57,191 nucleotides of DNA from Candidatus Omnitrophota bacterium. Its GTDB lineage: Bacteria > Omnitrophota > Gorgyraeia > 1-14-0-20-64-10. The notes below the pieces were generated by a model, which was not told the origin of the DNA, searched no databases, and worked only from the letters and a program-made list of their open reading frames with translations. A program made the position numbers and the translations under genes. The first letter of the stretch is position 1, and every line of letters starts with the position of its first letter. Location: the NCBI GenBank assembly GCA_023248155.1, contig JAHFFE010000002.1:197673-254863 (forward strand), given 5' to 3'. This document shows positions 38,982 to 48,333 of this stretch, piece by piece.

Positions 38982-39356
38982 ATGCCGGGAGATCGGTTAC
39001 AGCGTGTCGGAGAAGAAATCCGCAAAGAAGTCGCTCAAATTCTGCAGACGGAGCTAAAAGATCCTCGTGTCGGCGGGTTTGTGACGATCACGCATGTCCG
39101 CGTGACGCCCGACTTGCGGCAGGCCACCGTTTATTTCAGCCTGATGGGCGGCACCAAAACCCCCGAAGAAACCGAAGCCGGCCTGCAGAGCGCGCGCGGA
39201 TTTGTGCGCAAGTTAATCGGCGAACGGATCCGGATCAAGTTCAATCCCGAAATTTCTTTTAAGCACGATCCGTCGGTAGCCGAGTCGATCCGCATCGCGA
39301 AACTGCTGGGCTCTTTCAAGCCGGCGGAAGAATCGAAAGAGAAGAATGACAAATAA
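38982..39356 (+). CDS. rbfA: ribosome-binding factor A
   Basis: RLQRVGEEIRKEVAQIL...DPRVGGFVTITHVRVTPDLRQATVYFS. I chose ATG 38982 as the start; the track's TTG is at 38961. Confidence 0.85.
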   Translation: MPGDRLQRVGEEIRKEVAQILQTELKDPRVGGFVTITHVRVTPDLRQATVYFSLMGGTKTPEETEAGLQSARGFVRKLIGERIRIKFNPEISFKHDPSVAESIRIAKLLGSFKPAEESKEKNDK

Positions 39357-40338
39357 ACCCAAGCGCCATTCCATCAAACAGGTCGTCGAAACCATTCGCC
39401 GCCACAAGCGGTTTATGGTCTCGGCGCATGTGAATCCGGACCCCGACGCGCTGGGTTCCGGCCTGGCGCTGGCGTCTCTGCTCAAGCGGCTCGGCAAGCA
39501 GGTAATGGTGGTTACCGACGGCGGAATGCCCCCCGCGTTTAACTATTTCCCGAAACCGGTTCCCGTGCTGGACCGCCTTCCGAAAAATGCCCGAATTGAA
39601 GCGGCATTCACGACCGATGTGCCGATTTTAAGCCGCACCGGAAAAATGGCCGAAACCATCGCGGCCGTTCCGGTGGTCGTTAACATCGATCATCATATCA
39701 GCAACTACCTGTTTGGAACGGTCAACTGGCTCGATGTCAACGCGTCGGCCACGGGCGAGATGGTCTACTACCTGTTCGAGGCGTTCGGCAAGAAACCAAC
39801 GCGCGACGAAGCGTTCCTTCTTTATATGGCCATCGTGACCGACACCGGCTCTTTCCGCTACCGCAACAGCACGCCGGCGGTTCACCGGATCGCGGGCGAA
39901 TTAATCGCGGCGGGCGTTGATCCGCTCTATGTGTCGCAAAAGTTGTACGAGAAACATTCTGTCACCGATTTGAAATTTTTGGGCCATGTGCTGGCGCAGA
40001 TGCGCTACACGCCCGACAAGAAGATTGCCTGGCTCGAATTGCCGGTGTCGCTGCTCAAGCGGTGGAAGCCGGGCCCCGAGATCCGCGACGAGCTGGTCAA
40101 TTATCCGCGCTCAGTCGAATCGGTCGAGGCGGCGTTCGTGCTGCGGCAGGAATCGGTTGATCAAAAAGTGCGCGTCAGTTTTCGTTCGAAGGGGCGCGTC
40201 GATGTGAACGCGGTCGCGGCCCGGTTTGGCGGCGGGGGCCATTCGGCCGCCAGCGGTTGTACGATCATCGGGACGCTTCCGGCAGTCCGTTCGCGCGTTC
40301 TCGCTGCGGTTCGCCAAGCGGTTAAAAAGCTTAGATAG
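39346..40338 (+). CDS. nrnA: DHH/DHHA1 phosphoesterase (NrnA-like oligoribonuclease / pAp phosphatase)
   Basis: Motifs HVNPDPDALGS, NIDHH and GGGGHSAASG. Confidence 0.8.
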   Translation: MTNKPKRHSIKQVVETIRRHKRFMVSAHVNPDPDALGSGLALASLLKRLGKQVMVVTDGGMPPAFNYFPKPVPVLDRLPKNARIEAAFTTDVPILSRTGKMAETIAAVPVVVNIDHHISNYLFGTVNWLDVNASATGEMVYYLFEAFGKKPTRDEAFLLYMAIVTDTGSFRYRNSTPAVHRIAGELIAAGVDPLYVSQKLYEKHSVTDLKFLGHVLAQMRYTPDKKIAWLELPVSLLKRWKPGPEIRDELVNYPRSVESVEAAFVLRQESVDQKVRVSFRSKGRVDVNAVAARFGGGGHSAASGCTIIGTLPAVRSRVLAAVRQAVKKLR

Positions 40339-40345
40339 GACAACC

Positions 40346-41086
40346 ATGTCTTCTGTGCGCGTTCCATCCGCGACACCGGCTGAATACAGCGGCCTGCTTC
40401 TGATCGACAAACCGGCCGGAATCACTTCCCACGACGCGGTCGACCGTATCCGCCGCCGGTTCAAGATGCGCCGCGTCGGCCACGGCGGCACGCTCGATCC
40501 GGCCGCCACCGGGCTTTTAATCCTGCTGGTCGGCCGCGCCACGCGCTGCGCCCGGTTTTTGTTGAACGCCGACAAAACCTATTTCTCCACGCTTCGGCTC
40601 GGCCAGTCCACCGACACGCAGGACAGCGCCGGAAAAATCCTGGAAACCAAACCGGTCGCTGAACTTTCGCGCGAGCAGCTCGAGAAAATCTGTGAAGAAT
40701 TCCGCGGCGAGATTGAGCAGGAAATTCCCGCGTATTCGGCCGTCCGCGTCGAGGGCAAACGTTTTTATGAACTGGCCCGCGAGGGGAAAGCGGTTCCGCA
40801 GCGGTTCAGAAAAGTGAAAATCTATTCTTTAAAAATTGCCGAAATCCGTTTGCCGGAAGTGGACCTTGAGGTGACTTGCTCGAGCGGAACCTACATCCGC
40901 ACGCTGTGCGCCGACATCGGCAAGCGGTTGGGCTGCGGCGGACATTTAAGCCGGCTTTCCCGCGCGAGCGTCGGCCCATTTTCCATCGATAAAGCGGTCG
41001 CGCTTGATCAGGCCGGACCCGAGCATCTGCTGCCGATAGAGCAGGTGCTCTCGATCGGTCCGGTGTCGTCGCGTTCCGACCGCTGA
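40346..41086 (+). CDS. truB: tRNA pseudouridine-55 synthase
   Basis: LLIDKPAGITSHDAV and GHGGTLDP (catalytic Asp). I chose ATG 40346 as the start; the track's 40226 overlaps nrnA. Confidence 0.9.
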   Translation: MSSVRVPSATPAEYSGLLLIDKPAGITSHDAVDRIRRRFKMRRVGHGGTLDPAATGLLILLVGRATRCARFLLNADKTYFSTLRLGQSTDTQDSAGKILETKPVAELSREQLEKICEEFRGEIEQEIPAYSAVRVEGKRFYELAREGKAVPQRFRKVKIYSLKIAEIRLPEVDLEVTCSSGTYIRTLCADIGKRLGCGGHLSRLSRASVGPFSIDKAVALDQAGPEHLLPIEQVLSIGPVSSRSDR

Positions 41087-41095
41087 GGTTTGCCG

Positions 41096-41992
41096 ATGAA
41101 AACCATTTCTTCCGGAACGGTCGCGGTGCTGGGTGTTTTTGACGGCGTCCATCGCGGCCATCAAACCCTTTTGCGTAAAGCGGTTTCGCGCTCGCGCCGT
41201 TTAAAACTTCCGTCGGTCGCCGTCACTTTCAGTCCGCACCCGGCTGCCGTGCTGCACCCCGATAAGCCACGCCTGCTGCTTTCTCTCGATCAGCGTCTCG
41301 AGTATATCCGCGCGGCCGGCATTGACCGGGTTGTGGTAATTCCATTTACGCGCGCTTTTTCCCGCTGGCCTGCGCGCCGGTTCGTGCAGTCGGTGTTGAT
41401 TGACAGGCTGCGTGTCCGCGAACTGGTGGTTGGGCATGATTTCCGGTTCGGACATGACCGCGCCGGCAATGCCGTTTGGCTGGCCCGTCAGGGGAAACAG
41501 CACGGTTTTAAGACGTGGGTGATTGCTCCGGTTCGTTTGGGCGGCCGGCGTGTTTCTTCGCGGACAATCCGGGAATGGATTGCATCCGGCGAATTATCGC
41601 GCGCTAAAAAAGCTCTGGGCCGTTTTCCGTCGGTAGTCGGCCGCGTGATCCATGGCGGCCGGCGCGGACGGCAGCTCGGTTTTTCCACCGCGAATCTGCG
41701 GATCGAGGCCGGACTGTTGCCACCGAATGGTGTGTACGCGGCGTGGGCCAGGGTGGCGAACCGTCGGTACCGCGCGATGGTCAATATCGGTGTTCGTCCG
41801 ACTTTTTCTAAGAAAGAGGTTCGACCCCGGACGGAAGCGCATTTGCTCGATTTTAAAGCGTCGTTGTACGGCCGCCGGCTGGAATTGGAATTTATAAAGC
41901 GGCTGCGGGATGAAAAGAAGTTCGCTTCGCCGGCCGATTTGTCGGCTCAGCTCAAGAAGGACGCCCTCCGCACCCTCCATCTCCTGAGTTAG
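41096..41992 (+). CDS. ribF: bifunctional riboflavin kinase / FAD synthetase
   Basis: The N-half has GVFDGVHRGHQ. The C-half has GFSTANL...VNIGVRPTF...EAHLLDF. Confidence 0.9.
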   Translation: MKTISSGTVAVLGVFDGVHRGHQTLLRKAVSRSRRLKLPSVAVTFSPHPAAVLHPDKPRLLLSLDQRLEYIRAAGIDRVVVIPFTRAFSRWPARRFVQSVLIDRLRVRELVVGHDFRFGHDRAGNAVWLARQGKQHGFKTWVIAPVRLGGRRVSSRTIREWIASGELSRAKKALGRFPSVVGRVIHGGRRGRQLGFSTANLRIEAGLLPPNGVYAAWARVANRRYRAMVNIGVRPTFSKKEVRPRTEAHLLDFKASLYGRRLELEFIKRLRDEKKFASPADLSAQLKKDALRTLHLLS

Positions 41993-42029
41993 TAACCAGG
42001 ATTTCGAGTCGGCTCGGGCACTCGGGTTT

Positions 42030-42358
42030 TTCGAGAGCCGCAAAGGGGTATTGCTCCCGCATCGTTCGTCTCGCTCCACCGTGCTCGCCTCACTCCGGGT
42101 TTCGCCCTCACTCGTCCCGCCAAAGAACTCTGTCGGGACACCATGGCCGTTCGGGCTCTTCACGGTGCGGGTATCAAACCCCTTCGTGGCTCTCACTCTA
42201 GCTCAACCGTGGTTGGGTAAGAGGCGGATCGGGATATGGGGCAAGTGGACCTTGGCGGAGGCCGAAACGAATTGTCTTTCGGCAAGGCCGGAGACAGAGC
42301 GACGGAATGGGTATTCCATTCCGAGCGTGTCCACGGCTCCCATGCCCGGACCGACTCT
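42030..42358 (+). repeat. structured repeat family B, copy 1 (long form, ~329 nt)
   Basis: It shares a ~40-nt 5' block and a ~95-nt 3' block with 56919-57135. It lies in the 464-nt ribF-rpsO spacer. Outer imperfect inverted repeat: GAGTCGGCTCGGGCA (42006-42020) / TGCCCGGACCGACTC. Confidence 0.75.
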
Positions 42359-42456
42359 GAAAAAACGCCTTGCCTGCACGGAATCGCGCCTGCTTTCTCC
42401 TTTACAGCCCCGCGGCCGGGTGGTAGAATAAACACAATATAGAGGAAGAAGATAAA

Positions 42457-42726
42457 ATGACTTTAGTGAAAGAGCAAAAAGAGAAGGTAATTCAAACCTA
42501 TAAGAAGCATGGAACCGACACCGGTTCCGCGCAGGTGCAGGTGGCCATTCTGACCGAGCGAATCAACGAGTTGACCGCGCATTTTAAGGCCAATCCGAAG
42601 GATCATCACTCCCGCCGGGGGCTTTTAAAGATGGTCAGTTTGCGCCGTAAATTACTGGAGTACCTCAAGTCGACGGATCGAACCGAATACAAGAGTTTGA
42701 TCGATCGTCTCAACCTCCGGAAATAA
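42457..42726 (+). CDS. rpsO: 30S ribosomal protein S15
   Basis: GSAQVQVAILTERINELTAHFK..HKKDHHSRRGLLKMV pattern, 89 aa, upstream of pnp. Confidence 0.95.
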   Translation: MTLVKEQKEKVIQTYKKHGTDTGSAQVQVAILTERINELTAHFKANPKDHHSRRGLLKMVSLRRKLLEYLKSTDRTEYKSLIDRLNLRK

Positions 42727-42747
42727 CCGGTCGATTTTTCGATCCGG
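42727..42747 (+). promoter_or_regulatory. hairpin directly after the rpsO stop (possible attenuator or processing site in the rpsO-pnp spacer)
   Basis: CCGGTCGA-TTTT-TCGA(T)CCGG forms an 8-bp stem with one bulge. No U-tract follows, so it is not a clear intrinsic terminator. Confidence 0.3.
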
Positions 42748-42856
42748 CTCATCTTACCCCGGTGCTACGATGGGTATACACCCCTTCCAAATGCGCGATG
42801 AACATTCCGCGAAGGTCCAATACAACAGAAGAAAAGGAAAATAAACAGGTGATTTC

Positions 42857-45277
42857 ATGACAACAGCAGCAGCGCGCCGCGTTCAGGCGCAGTACGGAAA
42901 AGAGCAATTGATTTTGGAAACAGGCCGGTTGGCCAAGCAGGCCGACGGCGCCGTGTTGGCGCAGTACGGCGGGACCGCAGTACTCGTCTCAGTGGTGATC
43001 TCCAAAGAGCCGAAAGAAGGCATTGATTTTCTGCCGCTGACGGTCGAGTACCAGGAACGAACTTACGCCGCGGGCAAGATCCCGGGCGGATTTTTCAAGC
43101 GCGAAGGACGGCCTTCCGAGAAAGAGATTCTGACGTCACGGCTGATTGACCGCCCGATCCGTCCTCTGTTCGCGAAGGGATTCGTGAATGAAGTGCAGGT
43201 GATCGCGTTCGTGCTGTCGCACGACAAGGTGAACGATCCGGATGTCGTCGCGATCAACGCCGCTTCCGCGGCGCTGGCTGTTGCCGGCGCTCCGGTTGCC
43301 CGCATCGCCGCTTGCCGCGTCGGGCGTGTGGATGGGCAGTTCATTCTGAACCCGGCTTATGAAGAGATGGAAAAGGGCGACCTGGACCTGGTGGTCGTTG
43401 CGACCAAAGACGGCATCATCATGGTCGAGTCGGGCGCCAAGGAAATTCCGGAAGATGTGATGGTTGAGGCGTTGAAGTTCGGCCAGGAACATTGCCAGCA
43501 GTCGATCGCGCTGCAGCAGGAATTGGCGGCTCAGGTTGGAAAGCCGGAGCGCCAGGTTCCGTTGCGCAAGACGGATGATGAACTATTGAAGAAAGTTCAG
43601 CAGATCGCCGGACCCCGCCTGGAAGAAGGCATCCGCGCGCGCAGCGAGAAAGAGGGCGGCGACGATGGAAAGAAGGCGCTGATCCAGGAAATTCTCGGGC
43701 AGGTGAATCCGAATCCGGATAAGCCGGTCTTTACCGCGGTCCATGTGGCCGAGGCGATCGGAACGCTCGAAAAGAAAATCATCCGCGGCAACATCGCGGA
43801 GCGCGGACAGCGCGTGGACGGCCGTGATTTAACGACGGTCCGCCCGATCAGCTGCGAAGTGGGCATTTTGCAGCGCACGCACGGCACCGGCCTCTTCCAG
43901 CGCGGACAGACGCAGAGTCTCTGCGCCGTGACGCTGGGCACCGGCTCCGACGAGCAGATGATCGACTCGCTCACCGGCAAGTGGAACAAATCGTTTATGC
44001 TGCATTACAATTTCCCGCCGTTCTCGGTGGGTGAAACGCGCCCGATGCGCGGTCCGGGCCGTCGTGAAATCGGCCACGGTGCTTTGGCGGAGCGCGCGCT
44101 GCGCGCGGTAGTCCCGACCAAAGAGCAGTTCCCCTACACGATCCGGCTGGTTTCCGAAATTCTGGAATCCAACGGATCCTCGTCGATGGCGACGGTGTGC
44201 GGCGGTACGCTAGCATTGCTCGATGCGGGTGTCCCGCTGAAGGCGCCGGTTGCCGGCATCGCGATGGGTCTGATCAAGGAAAACAATCAGTACACGGTTC
44301 TAACCGACATCATCGGCCTCGAGGACCATTACGGCGACATGGACTTCAAAGTGGCCGGCACGGCGCAGGGCATCACGGCGCTGCAGCTGGATTTGAAGGT
44401 GGCGGGTGTCCCGGTGGAAATTCTGGCCAAGGCGATCGCGCAGTCGAAACCGGCGCGCGAAATGATTCTGCAGAAAATTGCCGAGACGATTGCTTCGCCT
44501 CGCGCGGAGCTCTCGCAGTACGCGCCGCGAATTGCCGTGATCAAGATTGACCCGGAGAAGATTGGCGCGTTGATCGGTCCGGGCGGCAAGGTCATTCGCC
44601 GCATCACGCAGGAAACGGGCGCCACAATTGATGTGGAAGACGACGGTACCGTGCGCATCGCCTGTTCCGATCCGGTCGGCGCGAAGAAAGCGTTCGATTT
44701 CGTGACAGGGCTCACCGAAGAAGTTCAGGTCGGCAAGGTCTATCAGGGCACCGTCAAGCGGCTCATGAATTTCGGCGCGTTCTGCGAAATTCTGCCGGGC
44801 AAAGAAGGCTTGTGCCATGTGTCCGAATTGTCGGACCAGTTCGTTCCGCGCGTCGAGGATGTGGTCAAGGTCGGCGACCCGATTGAAGTGAAAGTAGTCG
44901 AGGTCGATACGATGGGCCGCATCAACTTGAGCCATCGCCAGACGCTGGCGTCGTATGTTCCGTCGGCCGAAGGTGAAAGATCCGGCGGGCAGGGTGGTGG
45001 AGATCGCGGACCGCGCAGCGGCGGTGATCGCGGCCCACGGGGCGGCGGAGATCGCGGACCGCGCAGCGGCGGTGGAGATCGCGGAGGGCGCGGTGGATTT
45101 GGCGGCCGTGATCGCGGCCCAAGGAGCGGCGGAGATCGCGGTCCTCGCGGCGGCGGTGCTCGTCAGCCCGGATCAGAGTCCTCACGGGCTCCCCGGACGC
45201 ATGAGCATGCGGCCGAAGCAGCACCGAGTCTTCCACCGGAAGCCATTGAGGAAGATTTCTCACACCCAGAGGCCTAA
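42857..45277 (+). CDS. pnp: polyribonucleotide nucleotidyltransferase (PNPase) with an Arg/Gly-rich C-terminal extension
   Basis: Two RNase PH domains, a KH domain (GPGGKVIRRITQETG) and an S1 domain (GKVYQGTVKRLMNFGAFCEI), followed by a ~111-aa tail. Confidence 0.95.
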   Translation: MTTAAARRVQAQYGKEQLILETGRLAKQADGAVLAQYGGTAVLVSVVISKEPKEGIDFLPLTVEYQERTYAAGKIPGGFFKREGRPSEKEILTSRLIDRPIRPLFAKGFVNEVQVIAFVLSHDKVNDPDVVAINAASAALAVAGAPVARIAACRVGRVDGQFILNPAYEEMEKGDLDLVVVATKDGIIMVESGAKEIPEDVMVEALKFGQEHCQQSIALQQELAAQVGKPERQVPLRKTDDELLKKVQQIAGPRLEEGIRARSEKEGGDDGKKALIQEILGQVNPNPDKPVFTAVHVAEAIGTLEKKIIRGNIAERGQRVDGRDLTTVRPISCEVGILQRTHGTGLFQRGQTQSLCAVTLGTGSDEQMIDSLTGKWNKSFMLHYNFPPFSVGETRPMRGPGRREIGHGALAERALRAVVPTKEQFPYTIRLVSEILESNGSSSMATVCGGTLALLDAGVPLKAPVAGIAMGLIKENNQYTVLTDIIGLEDHYGDMDFKVAGTAQGITALQLDLKVAGVPVEILAKAIAQSKPAREMILQKIAETIASPRAELSQYAPRIAVIKIDPEKIGALIGPGGKVIRRITQETGATIDVEDDGTVRIACSDPVGAKKAFDFVTGLTEEVQVGKVYQGTVKRLMNFGAFCEILPGKEGLCHVSELSDQFVPRVEDVVKVGDPIEVKVVEVDTMGRINLSHRQTLASYVPSAEGERSGGQGGGDRGPRSGGDRGPRGGGDRGPRSGGGDRGGRGGFGGRDRGPRSGGDRGPRGGGARQPGSESSRAPRTHEHAAEAAPSLPPEAIEEDFSHPEA
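44981..45156 (+). repeat. in-frame tandem ~24-nt repeats encoding (G)GDRGPR(S/G)G units in the pnp tail
   Basis: Five DRGPR units and one DRGGR unit are readable in SGGQGGGDRGPRSGGDRGPRGGGDRGPRSGGGDRGGRGGFGGRDRGPRSGGDRGPRGGG. Confidence 0.85.
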
Positions 45278-45280
45278 CCG

Positions 45281-47620
45281 TTGACACGGACAAAGAAGAA
45301 TAGCGCATCCTGGCTCACTCCCCAGCGTTTGAATGAACTCTGGGGAGTTCTTCTTCTCGCGGCCAGCGTTTTCGTGCTGATGAGCCTTGTTTCATACCAC
45401 CGCGACGATTTATCGTTCTTCACGTCGGATCCGTCGCCGGAGGTTCGCAACGCGTGCGGCGTCGTCGGCGCGTTCGTGGCCGAAGTGCTGCGCTCCAGCA
45501 TCGGCTGGTCGGCCTTTTTTCTGCCATTCCTAGGCTTTTTCTGGGCGGTGGCCTGTTTCAGCGGCAAACCGGTCCAGCGATTCAAAATCAAAGTCATCAG
45601 CGCCATCCTGTTCACACTTTCATTCAGCAGTTTCATCGCGATTATCGTTGACTCTTCTGCTGCCGCCAGCATTGAGCGCGGCGGAATCGTCGGGCAGATG
45701 CTCGGAAAACAGATGCTTCAATATTGCGACTGGTGGGGAGCTGTCATCGTGCTGATGACAGTGGCGGTGCTGTCGCTGATTCTCTCGACGGAATTGGTAG
45801 TTTGGCCGCTGCTGAAAGCGTTCGGCGATTGGGCGCTTAAGAGTTTTCGGGCCGGCTGGGCTGGTGTTTCCAATGCGATTGCGCATTTGGGAAAGAAACA
45901 GCCGGCATCCCGCGCCTACACAATTCAGAAACCGGCTGTAAAACCGTCTGCCGCTCAAGCGGCAGTGGTTACGAAACCGGCCATAAAACCAAAAATAGAA
46001 ATTAAAATGCCGGAACCGGCTCCCAAAGTAAAAACAATTTCTTCGGTACCGGCTCCGTCGGTTTCGACACCGAAACCGGCCGCGCCCGCCAAGGCCGTTC
46101 GAGTCGAGTCATCCGAAACGAAAAAGCCGGAAGAGATCAAGCCGCCCTATCAACTGCCGTCGCTTGATTTATTGAATCCGCCGGTGCCCGGCACCGAGAC
46201 GGTCAGCCAGAGCAAAGAAAATTTACAGGCCAGCGCGAAAGTTCTCGAAGATACGCTGCGCGAGTTCGGCATCGACGCGCGCGTGGCCGAAGTGGAATTG
46301 GGCCCCGTCATTACGCGCTACGAAGTAGAGCCGGCGCCCGGCGTGAAGGTGCAGAAAATCACGACGCTGTCCGACGATCTGGCGCTGGCGATGAAGGCGA
46401 CTTCGGTCCGCATCATCGCGCCGATCCCCGGCAAATCGCGCGTCGGCATCGAAGTCCCGAATTCATCCTCTACGAAAGTGATGCTGCGCGAAGTGCTGGA
46501 GTCGCCCGAATTCCAGAACTCGAAATCCAAGCTGACGATCGCGCTGGGCAAAGATTCCGCGGGGCATCCGCTGATTGCCGATCTGGCGACCATGCCGCAC
46601 CTGTTGATCGCCGGCGCGACCGGATCCGGGAAAACGGTCTGCATGAACTCGCTGATCATGTCGCTGCTGTTCCGCGCTTCGCCGGATGAAGTCCGGTTTT
46701 TGATGGTCGATCCGAAAATGGTTGAGTTGGTCCCGTTTAATATGCTGCCGCACCTGGTGATGCCGGTAATGACCAACGCGAAAAAAGTTCCGGCCGCGCT
46801 CAACTGGGCGATTGAAGAGATGGAAAGCCGCTACCGGCTGTTCGCGAAACTGGGCGTGCGCAACATTGACGGCTACAATCAGAAACTGGCGGCCGGCCAG
46901 CTTCCTGCCGAAGAAATTCCGGAACATCTGCCGTATATCGTCATCATCATTGATGAGCTGGCCGACCTGATGATGGTGGCGCAGGCCGAAATCGAAAAAA
47001 CGATCTGCCGCCTGGCACAGTTGTCGCGCGCCGTCGGAATCCATATGGTGCTGGCCACGCAGAGGCCGTCGGTCGATGTGCTGACCGGCGTCATCAAGGC
47101 GAACCTGCCGGCCCGTATTTCGTTCCAGGTGGCATCGCGCGTCGATTCGCGCACAGTGCTCGACGCTATCGGCGCCGAGAAATTATTGGGCAAGGGCGAT
47201 TTGTTGTTTATGCCGCCGGGCGCTTCCAAATTTACGCGCGGGCAGGGCACGCTAATCACCGATCCCGAGATCGACAAGGTCACGCAGTTTATCAAGGCCC
47301 AGCGCGGTCCGGCCTATGACGGCACAATTTTGAATGAAATGGAAAGCAAAGCCGCGGTCCGCATCGAGAATACAAAAGACGAACTGTATGATGAGGCGGT
47401 GCGCGTTGTGGTTGAGGGCGGTCAGGCGTCGGTGTCGCTGCTGCAGCGGCGTATGCGCCTGGGCTATGGACGGGCGGCCCGCATTGTCGATATGATGGAA
47501 GCGGAAGGGATCGTCGGTCCCGTGCGCGGCGCCAAACCGCGCGAGGTATATCAGAAAGATCTTCCCGACAGCAATGCTCCGGCTGGACAGACCGCCGGTC
47601 GTGACGAGGAGGAATCGTAA
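45281..47620 (+). CDS. ftsK: DNA translocase FtsK
   Basis: N-terminal TM segments and a Pro/Ala/Lys linker. Walker A GATGSGKT, Walker B IIIDELADL, and a gamma winged-helix domain (LLQRRMRLGYGRAARIVDMME). Confidence 0.9.
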   Translation: MTRTKKNSASWLTPQRLNELWGVLLLAASVFVLMSLVSYHRDDLSFFTSDPSPEVRNACGVVGAFVAEVLRSSIGWSAFFLPFLGFFWAVACFSGKPVQRFKIKVISAILFTLSFSSFIAIIVDSSAAASIERGGIVGQMLGKQMLQYCDWWGAVIVLMTVAVLSLILSTELVVWPLLKAFGDWALKSFRAGWAGVSNAIAHLGKKQPASRAYTIQKPAVKPSAAQAAVVTKPAIKPKIEIKMPEPAPKVKTISSVPAPSVSTPKPAAPAKAVRVESSETKKPEEIKPPYQLPSLDLLNPPVPGTETVSQSKENLQASAKVLEDTLREFGIDARVAEVELGPVITRYEVEPAPGVKVQKITTLSDDLALAMKATSVRIIAPIPGKSRVGIEVPNSSSTKVMLREVLESPEFQNSKSKLTIALGKDSAGHPLIADLATMPHLLIAGATGSGKTVCMNSLIMSLLFRASPDEVRFLMVDPKMVELVPFNMLPHLVMPVMTNAKKVPAALNWAIEEMESRYRLFAKLGVRNIDGYNQKLAAGQLPAEEIPEHLPYIVIIIDELADLMMVAQAEIEKTICRLAQLSRAVGIHMVLATQRPSVDVLTGVIKANLPARISFQVASRVDSRTVLDAIGAEKLLGKGDLLFMPPGASKFTRGQGTLITDPEIDKVTQFIKAQRGPAYDGTILNEMESKAAVRIENTKDELYDEAVRVVVEGGQASVSLLQRRMRLGYGRAARIVDMMEAEGIVGPVRGAKPREVYQKDLPDSNAPAGQTAGRDEEES

Positions 47621-48333
47621 TGTCGGCTGGTGCTAAACTAAAAGCCGCCCGCGAGGCGAAAAAACTTACTCTGGAAGAAGCCTGTCTGCGCACGAAAATT
47701 CAGCGCCGCACCATTGAAGCGCTGGAAGAAGACCGTTTGGGTGATCTGCTCGATCCGGCCTACTCCAAGATTTTTCTTAAAAAATATGCGGTTTTTCTCG
47801 GCCTCGATCCTATTTCGTTAATGGAACCTTCCTCCGTCGCCGGCGGCGCGATGGCGGTCGAAACGGAAGTGATCCGTACCGTCGATCCGAAGGCGGCTCC
47901 CGCGTTGACGAAATTTGCGGTTCCCGCGCTGGCGCTTCTGGCCGCGTTGATCGGGGTCGGATTCCTGGGTTATCTGGTTACCGATCTGGTTCATAATTTA
48001 AGCAAGCCCGGATCGCCGGCCGTTGAATCATCCAGAAAGAAAACCGAAGAGCTTTCCGAAAAACAGCCGGTGGTCGCGCTGTCCAAACCGCTGAAGCTGA
48101 CCATTCAAACCACCGCCGAAGTCTGGATGCAGATCAAGGCTGACGGCACCGTCGTTTTTCAGAATGTTTTGCCTGCCAATTCCAAGGAAACCTGGACCGC
48201 TAAAAAAGGGTTTGAACTCTGGACCGGTAATGCCGGTGCCATGCAGGCTCTCTTAAACGGGAAACCGCTCGAGGGTCTTGGCCGCGGCGTTAAAAAAGGA
48301 ATCCGGATTACCCACTCGGGTATCGAGAGTTGA
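47620..48333 (+). CDS. RodZ-like cytoskeleton protein (HTH + TM + DUF4115-like C-domain)
   Basis: HTH segment LKAAREAKKLTLEEACLRTKIQRRTIEALEED, a central TM helix, and a C-terminal beta-rich domain (VWMQIKADG...ELWTGNAGA). Confidence 0.7.
   Translation: MSAGAKLKAAREAKKLTLEEACLRTKIQRRTIEALEEDRLGDLLDPAYSKIFLKKYAVFLGLDPISLMEPSSVAGGAMAVETEVIRTVDPKAAPALTKFAVPALALLAALIGVGFLGYLVTDLVHNLSKPGSPAVESSRKKTEELSEKQPVVALSKPLKLTIQTTAEVWMQIKADGTVVFQNVLPANSKETWTAKKGFELWTGNAGAMQALLNGKPLEGLGRGVKKGIRITHSGIES

Noticed and set aside
42051-42442. ORFs inside repeat family B (42051-42431, 42236-42442, 56743-57102, 56916-57140)
   Set aside because: They have no RBS and biased Arg/Ser/Pro composition. Conservation between the copies follows hairpin pairing rather than codon structure, and the two copies differ by a large indel.
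44981-45156. Tandem repeats that might be mistaken for a CRISPR or VNTR locus
   Set aside because: They are in frame within pnp and encode GDRGPR units with no spacers. No CRISPR-like array is visible anywhere in the window.
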